A stretch of DNA of 64,000 nt, from positions 58,714,001 to 58,778,000 of the forward strand of contig JBNRSN020000027.1 in the NCBI GenBank assembly GCA_051313645.2, given 5' to 3'. Source of the stretch: Centroscyllium fabricii. Its lineage: Eukaryota. The position numbers were made by a program, and so were the translations under genes. This document shows, one piece after another, positions 25,026 through 37,260 of this stretch (positions within the stretch are counted from its first letter, which is position 1; each line of letters starts with the position of its first letter). The notes under the pieces are model-generated. The model was not told the origin of the DNA. It was given only the letters and a program-made list of their open reading frames with translations, and did no database searches.

Positions 25026-25670
25026 ATACAGCCTCCACCAGTAGGGACACATCGTACTTACCCAATTCAAGCTTAATACAGGTTGCCAAAAGCCACAGCT
25101 TAAGAGACCCTACTAGTGTACATTGGGAGAGATTCTAGAGTTTAACCAGCTAAAACTGCTGGTTCCACCAGCTGGAAGTGTGGAGCTTAGGCAGCTGCTT
25201 GCCTCTCTGCAGCCTGATCATGCAAGGCCTCAAAAAAGGAAATATGAACCCGGGCTTTTGTACCTGACAAGCAAGCAACATTTTTCAATGGCTGGCACCC
25301 CAAGTCTGAGGCAGCTGTATAATGGACATCTACCTTCAGCAAGATGGATGGACCTATGCAGGCAGCTTGAAACATGCCAGCCACTTTGACGTTCAAAATA
25401 TTCATGACCAATGGTGCACACCAGACTCTCATCAATAACTGCTTAGTCCAGATGCTCATGTGAGGAGCTTTAGCAAGACATGTTGTTATGAGCCTGATTC
25501 CAACTCCAGGGTACTCAGCTACAGGTTGCAGCCCTCCCTTCTTTCCTATGCTGGTGACTTAAATTTCCCATTTTAATTGGCAAGTGAAGTTTACTGTAGT
25601 GCAGAGTCCAGTCGAATTTACACAGGTGAGTTAATAGAGATAAGTCTCAAGTCTAAAGAATGGCATTCTA

Positions 25671-26002
25671 CAGGTTGAGCACCGGTAATCTGGCATCCGA
25701 TAGTCCGGCACGAATCGAAACCGGCGGTCTTCAGTTTACGGAGCAGCCGCTCGGCGGCGCCACCGTTTCCCGCGAAGGGTGGGCGAGCGCCGAAGGCATC
25801 GGGCGTTTGGGTTTCTGTTTTTTTTAGGGCTTGTAAGTGTTCTATCCCCGGGCTCCCTCCCGGGGAGTGTTCTATCCGCGCGCTATGGGCTCCGGGGAGT
25901 GTTCAACCCGCACGCTCCCCCCGAACCTTCAGTGGTTCGGAATTTTCAGTGGTCCGGCACCAGCCTGGTCCCGAGGGTGCTGGATTAACGGTGCTCAACC
26001 TG
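25671..26002. mobile_element. Tigger-like MITE (CAGGTTG family)
   Basis: TA|caggttgagcaccggtaatc ... gattaacggtgctcaacctg|TA; sister copy at 55147. Confidence 0.9.
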
Positions 26003-26136
26003 TACTTAGAGGAAAGGTCGAGAAGGATTTGTGCATCGGGGTGACAAATGTCATTGCTTAAGAAATGTAAAATGTTCCACTTCCTGCACCCCGAGTCAGT
26101 ATGAAGCACTTTTAGTGCCACGTATTGCACAGGTTA

Positions 26137-26790
26137 TGCCCCGCTTTCACTGGAGGCTACGAATTGCCGAATCGTCCCGAATCTGAAATTTTTCAAATTC
26201 GTAGATAATTCTTGCAATTCGTAAACGATTCGTAGTTGATTCGTAGACATTCGTACAGTTCGCGTGATTTCGTTAATTTGGCAAGAAAGTTTTTGCTTGT
26301 CAAAAACTTTCTTGGGAGGGTTAACGAATGTCCAATTCGTGAATGATTCGTAAACAATTCGTGAACCTTTCTTATCGTTCGTAACCCTTTCTTATCGTTC
26401 GTAACCGATTCGTAATCGCTTCTTCTGCATTCTGGCCTATTCTTGTGCCCTCAAATTCGTGGACCCACGCCGAATACATCACGAAACAGGCACGAATGTC
26501 CACGAATCAAGTACGAATCGGTCGTAGTGGATTCGTACAGTAATTCGGCACATTCGTAAGTGAGTCGTACCTTATTCGTTAAATTCTTACCTGATTCTTT
26601 GAATTCGTACTTGTTTCTTAAACCATTCTTGACATTCGGCACGAATAATTCGTAGTCAATTCGTACCAGATTCGTAGTTCTTCCCGAATCCACCACGAAT
26701 TTTCAATTTTTTTTGCCGAATCGCCACGAATTTCGATTCGGGACGATTCGGGATATCGGGATATTCGTAGCCCTCAGTGAAAGCGGGGCT
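26137..26790. mobile_element. PIF/Harbinger MITE rich in ATTCGT/ACGAAT
   Basis: TTA|tgccccgctttcactg ... cagtgaaagcggggct|TTA: a 3-bp TTA TSD and long TIRs. Confidence 0.9.
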
Positions 26791-27118
26791 TTAGATGCAG
26801 CACAAAGCTCAATGTATTCTGTCCCAATAACATACCTTAACCCAACCTTGGAAGGTGACTCCTCAATGTACCAGTGTGAATTTTACATTCCCCACACTAG
26901 TTTTACTTGCAGTCTAAAGTGAGATTGTTAATTAGAATCAAATCGAGAGTAGTTTTGGCTTAGTCGTCCTACCTACGAGGAACTGGATCAGAGCTGCCCA
27001 AATTCCTTTCACTTAGACCCCTCCCAGCAAGCAGAGCAGTGATTTTTATTCCACCAGCCTGGGCTGGATTTCAACCCAGGTCTGCACCAACCAGATTACC
27101 CTCAAACTTCCTGTTCGA

Positions 27119-27673
27119 GCATGCCATCTACAAGGCACAAGTCAGGAGTGTGATGGAATACTCTGCACTTGCCTGGATGAGTGCAGCTCCAACAACACTC
27201 AAGAGGCTCGACACCATTTAGGATAAAGCAGGCCGCTTGATTGGCACTCCTTCCACCACCTTCAACATTAACTCCCTCCACCACCGGCGCACTGTGGCTG
27301 CAGTGTGTACCATCTACAAGATGTACTGCAGCAACTCGCCAAAGCTCCTTCAACAGCACCTTCCAAACCCGCGACCTCTACTACTTAGAAGGACAAGGGC
27401 AGCAGACGCATGGGAACAGCACCACCTACAAGTTCCCCTCCAAGCCACACACCATCCTGACTTGGACCTGTATCGCCGCTCCTTCACTGTCGCTGGGCCA
27501 AAATCCTGGGACTCCCTTCCCAACAACATTGTGGGTGTACCTACACCATATGGACTGCAGCGGTTCAAGAAGGCGGCTCACCACCATCTTCTCAAGGGCA
27601 ATTAGCGATGGGCACTAAATGCAGGCCTAGCCAGCCAGCGACGTCCACATCCCATCAATTAATTTTTTTTTAA
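27119..27673 (+). mobile_element. CR1-group LINE 3' fragment (second lineage) flanked by 197-bp direct repeats
   Basis: IYKAQVRSVMEYSALAW...SLHHRRTVAAVCTIYKM; flanks 26922-27118 and 27674-27870 are near-identical. Confidence 0.88.
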
Positions 27674-28834
27674 AGATTGTTAATTAGAATCAAATCGAGA
27701 GTAGTTTTGGCTAAGTCGTCCTACCTACGAGGAACTGTATCAGAACTGCCCAAATTCCTTTCACTTAGACCCCTCCCAGCGAGCAGAGCAGTGATTTTTA
27801 TTCCACCAGCCTGGGCTGGATTTCAACCCAGGCCTGCACCAACCAGATTACCCTCAAACTTCCTGTTCGAACAAACCTGTGGTTCCAGGTGAAGCTCCGT
27901 TGAAATCAAGATCAGAGTCAAAACAGAGAACAAGCTGCCTGGATTGGAACAATTATTTTAGGCATAGTGGCAAGTTCGTAACAGTGAGGTTTAACAATGA
28001 AGTTCAACTGTGTTTTCATTCTCCTCTAAATCGCTTCATGGTTTTGAAAGAATTTCACATTTCTTCAATTTACAGCAAGTGTTTTAGTTAGTCCACTAGT
28101 ACTGTATGTTTTAATATTGCTGCTTTTCTTACCCATCCACGAGATTGCCTTGAATAGCATTAGCATCACATTATAATAGAAGATCATTGACTAATGCAAA
28201 TTGCAGGCATCCTGCTGTTAAAAGCAACTTTGGCAAATCTTGCAGCACTTTTGCTGCTTTTCAATTATGGAACTTAATTCCAAGCCACATAAAATTATCT
28301 CCAAATCTGCAAAATGTTTTAAGAAAAACTCTTTACAACCAAAACATAATACACTCCAGAGTGCATTAACACGGAATACTATTTTATTAGGTGTATTTGA
28401 TCTATGTTTGCATCTCAACCATCCTTTTATCAGTTTATACTTGGCTTTCCTGTTGTTACCTTGCCAACAGGGACCAACTCTAAACTACAATCATAGCTAA
28501 ATACAGCATTTCTTATAAATAAATTAAGATTAAAAAAAATCTTTCAATGAATGCTGACTTCTGACAGAACCAATTTATTTCCCAGACAGTAAAGACACAG
28601 AAAGATTAAGCAGCACTGAACAGCCATGAAGGACCAGATGTCCAATCCGCAAAGCAATATTTTCCACTGCGTAACATTGCCGACTGTCAATGTCATTCAA
28701 TGTTTGGAGCTGCAGTGAGCCATTATTTGTCACAAAGTTTTTTGTTTTTCTTAAATAGCACCCAAAAGAAGTGTTGGCAAAAATGAGCTTTTTGGAAGTG
28801 TTTTATTCTGCTCATTTCCCCCTGCCCCAGTAAT

Positions 28835-30105
28835 TGGGTGGAGGATTGGCTTTCTAACAGAAAACAGAGTTGGGATAAATGGTTCGTTCTCAGACTGGCA
28901 GTCAGTGACTAGTGGTGTTCCGCAAGGGTCGGTGCTGGGACCCCAACTCTTTTACAATCTATATTAATGATTTGGAGGAAGGGACCAAGTGCAACATATC
29001 AAAGTTTGCGGATGACACAAAGATGGGAGGGAGGGTGATGAGTGACATTAAAAACCTGCAAAAGGACATAGATAGGCTCAGTGAGTGGGCAGAGATTTGG
29101 CAGATGGAATATAATACTGGAAAGTGTGAAGTTATGCACTTTGGCAGGAAAAATAATAGAGCGAGTTACTATCTAAATGGAAAGAAACTGGAAAGTACTT
29201 CAGTGCAAAGGGATCTGGGGGTCCTGGTGTAGGAAACACAAAAAGTTAATATGCAGGTGCAGCAGGTGGTCAGGAAGCCCAATGGAATGTTGGCTTTTAT
29301 TGCTAAGGGGATGGAGTATAAAAGCAGGGAGGTCTTGCTGCAGTTGTACAGGGTATTGGTGAGACCACACCTGGAATACTGCGTGCAGTTCTGGTATCCA
29401 TATTTAAGAAAGGACATACTTGCTCTCGAGGCAGTGCAAAGAAGGTTCACTAGGTTAATTCCGGGGATGAGGGGGCTGACATATGACGAGAGGTTGAGTA
29501 GATTGGGCCTCTACTCATTGGAGTGCAGAAGAATGAGAGGCGATCTTATTGAAACATATAAGATTGTGAGAGGGCTTGATCGGGTGGATGCGGTGAGGAT
29601 GTTCCCAATGGTGGGTGAAACTAGGACTAGGGGGCATAATCTTAAAATAAGGGGCTGCCATTTCAAAACTGAGATGAGGAGAAACTTCTTCACTCACAGG
29701 GTGGTGGGGCTGTGGAATTTGCTGCCCCAGAGAGCTGTGGAAGCTACTACATTGAATAAATTTAAAACAGAGATAGACAGTTTCCTGGAAGTAAAGGGAA
29801 TTAGGGGTTATGGTGAGCGGGCAGGTAAGTGGACGTGAGGCTAGGTCCAGATCGGCCATGTGATCTCCTGGACCAGTTTTCGATCGCCTAGATGGGTCGG
29901 AGAGGAATTTCCCAGATTCTTTCTCCCAAATTGGCCACTGGGTTTTTTATCTGGTTTTTCGCCTCTCCCGGGAGATCACATGGGGTTGGGCGGGATGGAG
30001 AGTAAAAATAAAATTGAGGTTAGGATCAGATCAGCCATGATCTTGTTAAATGGCGGAGCGGGCTCGAGGGGCCGATTGGCCAACTCCTGCTCCTATTTCT
30101 TACGT
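28835..30105 (+). mobile_element. CR1 LINE 3' part with extended structured 3' UTR
   Basis: agtggtgttccgcaagggtcggtgctggga (SGVPQGSVLG), ISKFADD and ORF 29251-29838. Confidence 0.95.
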
Positions 30106-30691
30106 TCACTCCTCTCCGAAAAGTGCAGTCTCCTACTGGGGTACAATTCCATCGTCACAAGCAGTTCCCCCGGTACCTGTGGCCATTCTTGATGTGTGAG
30201 GTTAGCCAGCAAGTGTCAACAGACTATTTTATGGCACGAGACATCACAGCCAAGCTCAACTGTGTCTTCATGTCACTTCCGTATATCCATACTTTTCAGC
30301 AGGGACCACTTGGTGGCAATGACAGAGCAGGAGCCCTGGGTACAGGTACTCTTCTTCTGCCTAGCCCAGGTTCACCAAGGCCAATTCTAGCATTGCAGTT
30401 GCTAACATGGCAGAGCTCAGCTCACTTAGCAGAGATTGGAATATCAAAAATTAGACGTTTCAATATATATATAGTTTGGTGTTACACTGGCCAGCAGATT
30501 TTCCAACCCTCAGAAAAGCGGATTGCTGTATCAGTTATGAAAAGAAGACCAGTGGTTAAAATGTGCAAACTGCACTTTAATGAAATTTCCATTTTAGCAT
30601 ATTCAGAATGAGTAACCCATCGCTACGTATCACACACACATGTACATACATACAAAAGCATGGCGGTGTCATTGAATGGTACAGAGCAAGT

Positions 30692-31335
30692 TTTTTTTAT
30701 CCATTGATGGGATGTGGGCGTCACTGGCTGGCTAGGCCTGCATTTAGTGCCCATCCCTAATCACCCTTGAGAAGATGGTGGTGAGCCGCCTTCTTGAACC
30801 GCTGCAGTCCATATGGTGTAGGTACACCCACAATGTTGTTAGGAAGGGAGTTCCAGGATTTTGGCCCAGTGACAGTGAAGGAGCGGCGATACAGGTCCAA
30901 GTCAGGATGGTGTGTGGCTTGGAGGGGAACTTGTAGGTGGTGCTGTTCCCATGCGTCTGCTGCCCTTGTCCTTCTAAGTGGTAGAGGTCGCAGGTTTGGA
31001 AGGTGCTGTTGAAGGAGCTTTGGCGAGTTGCTGCAGTGCATCTTGTAGATGGTACACACTGCAGCCACAGTGCGCCGGTGGTGGAGGGAGTGAATGTTGG
31101 AGGTGATGGATGGAGTGCCAATCAAGCGGCCTGCTTTATCCTGAATGGTGTCGAGCTTCTTGAGTATTGTTGGAGCTGCACTCATCCAGGCAAGTGGAGA
31201 GTATTCCATCACACTCCTGACTGCCTTGTAGATGGTGGAAAGGCTTTGGGGAGTCAGGAGGTGAGACACTCGCCGCAGAATTCCCAGCCTCTGGCCTGCT
31301 CTTGTAGCCACAGTATTTATATGGTTGGTGCAGTT
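30692..31335 (-). mobile_element. CR1-group LINE 3' fragment, same family as 27119
   Basis: ORF 30757-31311 QRLGILRRVSHLLTPQSLSTIYKA...HHHLLKG. Confidence 0.88.
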
Positions 31336-31794
31336 CAGTTAACACTATTATCCATACTAAGTTAACATTGCCATTATCATGTGGAATCACTGCTGGCGGC
31401 AATAGAACAAAATTCAGTGGGAGGATCATCCCTGGAAATTCATGTTCCTCCGATCAACTGTTTTCTTTAGTGTTCACTGGTATACAACTGAGAACTGGTC
31501 ACTGCCTCTTCTCTTTCTGATACGAATGGTTATTCAAACAAAATATTGGTCTGGATTTTGCAGTAAAAATAATGGTGAGGCCATCAATGTTCACCGTTAT
31601 TAAAGTGTAATTCAAACAGCAACTTCCGGCAACTGCACATGCGCAGTTAAACACAGAAATCGGGAAGTTGCTGTCCCGAGTTGCCCTGCTCCTCCAGAAG
31701 CTTTGCTGTAACAGTATCTCGCCGAGAGACCCAGCATCGAAACACATGAAGTTGTCGTACGTACATGATCGATACCCACTAAACTCACCAGAAT

Positions 31795-32746
31795 GATTTG
31801 GACGTGGGGACTAAATGTAGCATTTCCAAATTTGCTGATGATACAAAGCTAGGTGGCAATGTCAGTTGTGAAGAGGCTTCAAGGGGATCTCGACAGGCTC
31901 AGTGAGTGGGTGAGAACATGGCAGATGGAATATAATGTGGATAAATGTGAAGTTATCCACTTTGGTAGAAAAAACAGGAAGGCAGAGTATTTCCTAAGTG
32001 GTGAAAGATTGGGGAATGCAGATGCTCAAAGGGACCTGGGTGTCCTTGTACATAAGTCACTCAAAATGAATGTGAAGGTGCAGCAACCATTAGGAAGGCA
32101 AATGGTATGCTGGCCTTCATTACAAGAGGATTTGAGTACAGGAGTAAAGAAGTCTTACTCCAATTATATAGGGCCTTGGTGAGGCCACACCTGGAGTACT
32201 GCATACAATTTTGGTCTCCTTACCTAAGGATGGATATACTTGCCATAGAGGGAGAGCAACAAAGGTTCACCAGACTGATTCCTGGGATGGCGGGACTGTC
32301 GTATAAGAAGAGATTGAGTCAACTAGGCCTGCATTCTCTTGAATTCAGAAGAATGAGAGGGGATTTCATTGAAGCATAGAAAATTATTACAGGGCTTGAT
32401 AGGGTGGATGCTGGGAGAATGTTTCCCTTGGCTGGGGAGTCTAGAACCAGGGGCCACAGCCTCAGGATAAAGGGTAGGCCAGTCAGGACTGAGATGAGAA
32501 GAAATTTCTTCAGACAGAAGGTGGTGAATCTTTGGAATTCTCTACCCCAGAGGGCTGTGGAGGCTCAGTCATTGGGTATATTCAAAACAGAAGTCGACAG
32601 ATTTCTGACTAGTAAAGGCATCAAGGGATATGACGATAGGGCCGGTGAATGAAATTAAGGCAGAAGATCAGCCGTGATCTCATTGAATGACGGAGCAGGC
32701 TCGAGGGACCGATTGGCCGACTCCTGCTCCTGTTTCTTATGTTCTT
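31795..32746 (+). mobile_element. CR1 LINE 3' part
   Basis: tccaaatttgctgatgat (SKFADD), ORFs 31853-32652, tail. Confidence 0.93.
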
Positions 32747-33242
32747 AAAAAGTTAAAGCTTGTCCATTCCAGTGTAAGTGAATTTTTAATACCGCAATAA
32801 GTTTTAATTACTGCCAAACAACCTCTCTGGCACTGGACATTAACTTTTACACGTGTGGAGTCTCAGTCCTTCAAATTTTAATTATTGTTGGAGACTTTTA
32901 AAATTAAAAAATTTAAATCAAACTTTTTTTACTTATCCATTGTGTCTCTTCTATCTCTCCCTCTTAATCCCACCTTCTGCTCCCTTTCTTTATTTCGCTT
33001 TCTGTACATGATTTGGCATTGAATTAACTATTCTAACTTACACTTACTGCTTCGGACTCTGCGTGCCTCAGTAAGGATTTTTTCCAATCGGATTGGTTCA
33101 GGAGATCGATAGTTGCTTTTCTTGTTCACGCAGGTCCCAGACACCCAGCAGAGTGCCCTGCGCCAAAATGGCTTTCCAATCACAGCCAGTTGCAGTGCAA
33201 CAGCCCATCGAAAGTCTGTGGGCAAGTGTTAAATGTAATGAA

Positions 33243-33785
33243 TGCAAGAAGTCACACAACACCAGATTATAGTCCAACGGTTTTATTTTAAATCACAAGC
33301 TTTCGGAGCTTCTGCTCCTTCATCAGGTGAAAGAGAAGCTGACTTAAAGAACGCACATGTTTGATGAAGAGAGAAATCTGATATCTCCCACATCTCACCT
33401 CCGTAGAGAGCTAGACACATAAAGGCTTATTAACATATTTTAAGTGTTACATTTAAACATAGCACATATAGAGAAAGATAACAATGTGGTCTCTCCAGTT
33501 GTTTCACATCACACCTCAGCTGAGGGACATCAAAGCAGTCAAAGATTTTCCAACATATCAAAGGTTGCAGTCACAATGTTAGTCTGCTTTAAATCCCACA
33601 TGTGGGAGATATCAGATTTCTCTCTTCATCAAACATGTGCGTTCTTTAAGTCAGACTCTCTTTCACCTGACGAAGGGGCAGAAGCTCCGAAAGCTTGTGA
33701 TTTAAAATAAAACCGTTGGACTATAATCTGGTGTTGTGTGACTTCTTGCATTTGTCCACCCCAGTCCAACACCGGCACCTCCACA
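33243..33785 (+). mobile_element. Penelope-like element: terminal repeat plus inverted partial copy, 14-bp TSD
   Basis: TSD ttaaatgtaatgaa at 33229-33242 and 33786-33799; inverted repeat ~33243-33393 / ~33600-33750; hammerhead cores on both strands. Confidence 0.85.
33667..33705 (+). ncRNA. Candidate minimal hammerhead ribozyme core (Penelope-associated)
   Basis: CTGACGA-a-ggggc-agaa-gctcc-GAAA; the minus-strand copy at 33301-33326 has a perfect GGAGC/GCTCC stem II. Stems I and III are not clearly resolved. Confidence 0.55.
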
Positions 33786-33939
33786 TTAAATGTAATGAAC
33801 AGCTGGCACTGTTCATTCACCGCTGACTGCAAAGTCTGGCATAATATCGTTTTTTTAAAGTCACTGAACAGAACAAATGCAAATTTAACAAAACCGCTGT
33901 TGTACTTCCACTTCTGTAGAATATGCATTCCAGATAGTT

Positions 33940-34540
33940 CAGGTATACAACCTCTTATCCAAAACCCCAAAAACCGAAAAGCTCTGAAAACCGAAAGTTT
34001 TTTCTGGAACGCTGAACATGACCCGACACATTATTGTGTTGCAGTTGCTGCAAATTTTGCCCGATTGATGCCGGTGTTTTTTTGGCAGTGCTCTATCCTG
34101 CGGCTCCTCAGCTGTCTCGCTCGGACGTAACCCTGAAAAGCCAGTGCGAGCAGGCGGGCGGGCTCAGCCCGCAGTGCTGCCAGATCGAAGCCTAATTGGC
34201 GGGGCCTGGATCCGGGGAGCGCTCGGCCCTGGCAGCGCACGGCGGGGAGGCGGCCGGCTGACTGATCGATCGGAGCCAAGAGGACAGGCTGCACACAACA
34301 GGCGAGTCACCGGCTTACAGTGAGCGGGCCTCCCGCCTACCCGTCGCTTACAGGGGGGCAGCGGTGGAGGAGGGGGGCGGGCGGAAGCCGAGGGCCCGGC
34401 GCGCTGAGGGGATTGAAGGGAGCGCTGAGTTAGGCTGGTTTAATTTCACTGAAATTTCATCACAATTCTGAAATCCGAAAAATTCCGAAATCGGAAAAAC
34501 ATCTGGCCCCAAGGGTTTCAGATAAGAGGTTGTATACCTG
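33940..34540. mobile_element. Tigger-like MITE (CAGGTA family) with GC-rich cargo
   Basis: caggtatacaacctcttatc ... gataagaggttgtatacctg|TA, a perfect 20-bp TIR. Confidence 0.88.
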
Positions 34541-35009
34541 TATTATGCCATTTGGCTAGCAGTTAATGATGGCCCTTGCCTTGACACCTTACGTTTTTAA
34601 ATGCTTGAAGGCTTTGTACAGACCACTCTCTATGGGCAGCGGCGATCACATTTCGATTTGATCACAGTCTCCCCAGCATCGTCAAATTGATTCATTTGAT
34701 GGCTGACTGGTCTATTGATTATTACTGTGATTACCCAAATAACCGAATATAAAATCTGAAGAGGTTCCTTCTACATCTGTAGAGTTTCTTTTGCCCCCTC
34801 AAACACTGGCTTCTGTAAATCTGCTATTCTTAAAACTCCTCTGCAGAAAGCATCATCTAGCCCACAGAAAGTGTTGGCAATATTTCAGTACTAAATAATT
34901 GCTCACTGCTTGGAGTGCAACCTTTTTTTAAACACTTGCCCAAATTAAATTTTCACGTACCAAAAACTGTTAAACTTTAAATTGGAGGAAATTAATCATA
35001 AAAAGGGTC

Positions 35010-35200
35010 CCAGCACAATTACTGGCCTGTGCGGAGTTAGCTGATCTCAGTGGGAGCAGCAGTATGGACACTACAATTGGCTTCAGTGACTCTGGACTGG
35101 GAACTCAGCCAGTGTTGTATTCCTCAGCTTTAACCAGTGACACCTGCTGGAAAGTGTGCTGGGCAAGAACACAACTTGGCCTGGCTTGCATGCTTCCCAT
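35010..35200 (+). repeat. Old unclassified interspersed repeat; related decayed pieces near 3465-3550, 5670-5830, 15700-15780, 24110-24290, 30300-30440, 38690-38790, 53815-53890
   Basis: Recurring motifs gagttagctgatctcag, acaattggcctcagtg, cagccagggttcctgctcctgatc and cagtgacccctgctggaa. Confidence 0.55.
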
Positions 35201-35537
35201 AATCACATAGCCTACCAATGTTCACTTTCTAAGATCATACATCAAGAATGGCCAGTTGAGCACGGAGGCAACCAGCACGCTTGGAACTATACACAAGCTC
35301 CTACACCAAAGATGCCCTTTTTGTGCTTCTCTTCTCTACCTTCAGTAAGTTGTAAGGGAAGGACGATGTTAAATTTAAAGCAGCGACAGCAAGAAAAGGG
35401 GATTTAAAAAAATCACAACAGGCTGGATGCGGAGGATAAACCCATGTATGTTTCGCACGCTGCTCCGTATTAACTCCAGTTCTAGGTACTGTGCATATTT
35501 AATTTGTATGCTTATAGCAACAGACGTGCAGCGCAAA

Positions 35538-35943
35538 ACATAGAAACATAGAAACTAGGAGCAGGAGTCGGCCATTCGGCACTTCGAGCCTGCTCCGCCA
35601 TTCAATGAGATCATGGCTGATCATCCAAACCCAGTACCCCGCCCCTGCCCTCTCCCCATATCCCTCGATCCCTATCGAGCCTGCATCGACACATATCCCA
35701 CCTTATCCCCGTAACCCCACATATTCAATCCCCCTAACACTAAGGGTCAATTTATCCTGGCCAATCAACCTAACCCGCACATCTTTGGACTGTGGGAGGA
35801 AACCGGAGCACCCGGAGGAAACCCACGCAGACACGGGGAGAATGTGCAAACTCCGCACAGATAGTCACCCGAGGCTGGATTTGAACCCGGGTCTCCAGTG
35901 CTGTGAGACAACAGTGCTAACCACTGTGCCACCGTGCCGCCCA
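35538..35943 (-). mobile_element. HE1-like V-SINE, full length
   Basis: Head, V-domain and tail. Confidence 0.93.
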
Positions 35944-36039
35944 TAGTATAGAATAAAGCCACCATTTCTTCACCCGAGTACCGCCTGCACTGTGCCCAAA
36001 GGTTAACCGTGCATCTGCTTCAATCGCCCTTCTCCGATC

Positions 36040-36675
36040 TTGCCTCAGTTCATCCGCTGCTGAAACCCTCATCCATGCCTTTGTTACCTCTAGACCTGAC
36101 TATTCGAACGCACTCCTGGCTGGCCTCCCACATTCTACCCTACGTAAACTTGAGGTCATCCAAATCTCGGCTGCTCATGTCCTAACTTGCACCAAGTCCC
36201 GTTCAACCATCACCCAATGGTTCGCTCAGCGACATTGGCTCCCGGTTAAGCAGCGCCTCGATTTCAAAATTCTCATTCTTGTTTTCAAATCCCTCCATGG
36301 CCTCGCCCCTTCCTATCTCTGTAATCTCCTCCAGTCGCACAAACCCAGCCCTCGCCCCACCCCGAGATCTCTGCGCTCCTCTAAATCTGACCTCGAGCAT
36401 CCCTGATTATAATCGCTCAACCATTGGTGGCTGTGCCTTCTGTTGCCTAGGTCCTAAGTTCTAGAATTCCCTGCCTAAACCTCTCTGCCTCGCTACCTCT
36501 CTTTCCTCCTTTAAGATGCTCCTTAAAACCTACCTCTTTGACCAAGCTTTTGGTCACGTGTCCCAATATCTCATGTGGCTTGGGTGCCAAATATGTTTGC
36601 TTATAATATTCCTGTGCAGCGCCGTGGGATGTTTTACTACGTTAAAGGCGCTTCATAAATACACGTTGTTGTTGT
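36040..36675 (+). mobile_element. L2 LINE 3' end
   Basis: gctgaaaccctcatccatgcctttgttacctctagacctgactat (AETLIHAFVTSRPDY), HWLPVKQRLDFKIL, tail aaaggcgcttcataaatacacgttgttgttg. Confidence 0.88.
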
Positions 36676-36743
36676 AAACAGCCAGCGCGGAGAAAATTCC
36701 CACAACACAATGCACATCACAATAGTAAAACATCATAACACTA

Positions 36744-37260
36744 CAGGAAACTCAATTATCCGGCACCTAAATATCCGGAATTCTCTACTAACCGGCAAAA
36801 TTCTCGCTCCGAAAACAACACCTCAATAACCGGCAACGTTGCCGAGTCTGAGACCGAGTCTCCCGCAGTGGCCGAGTCAGTCAATCGGGGTAGTTCTCCA
36901 AACTGCCACTGCTCGGATTCTTGGCGCTGTCTGAAGTCTGAAGACCGCAAAACCAACAGAAGCCTGACTCTCCCGCGCTGCCGGTAGCTTCTTCTGATCC
37001 GCCATTTTACAGGGGTCCAGTACTGTACTGTGTGTCTCCCACGCTGCTGGTAGTCATTGCATTATGGAAATCACAAAAGTTGGTCCAAGCAAAACATTCT
37101 GTAGGTGAGGACCCAATTACTGCATGCTGCACATTTCTTGATTTTTTAAATTTTTCTTTGTTAAAAAACCCACAGTAGATAACCTTCTCCGTTATCCAGA
37201 GATTTTGATAAACCGGCAACACGCCGGTCCCGTCGGTGCCGGGTAATAAAGAGTTTCCTG
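36744..37260. mobile_element. Tigger-like MITE (CAGGAAACTC family)
   Basis: TA|caggaaactcaattatccggcac ... gtgccgggtaataaagagtttcctg|TA. Confidence 0.85.

Larger units (their letters stand above)
31548..33840. mobile_element. PIF/Harbinger-like element split by CR1 and Penelope insertions
   Basis: Imperfect TIR ggtctggattttgcagt ... actgcaaagtctggc enclosing both insertions. Confidence 0.55.

Noticed and set aside
24543-25138. Overlapping GC-rich ORFs suggesting a CpG-island gene start, also 1423-1817 and 52110-52586
   Set aside because: All lie inside TIR-bounded MITEs; the long frames reflect GC richness.
29251-29838. Intact-looking RT-related ORFs as host genes or active LINEs
   Set aside because: All are 5'-truncated CR1 ORF2 fragments with stops or frameshifts; no full-length autonomous element is present.
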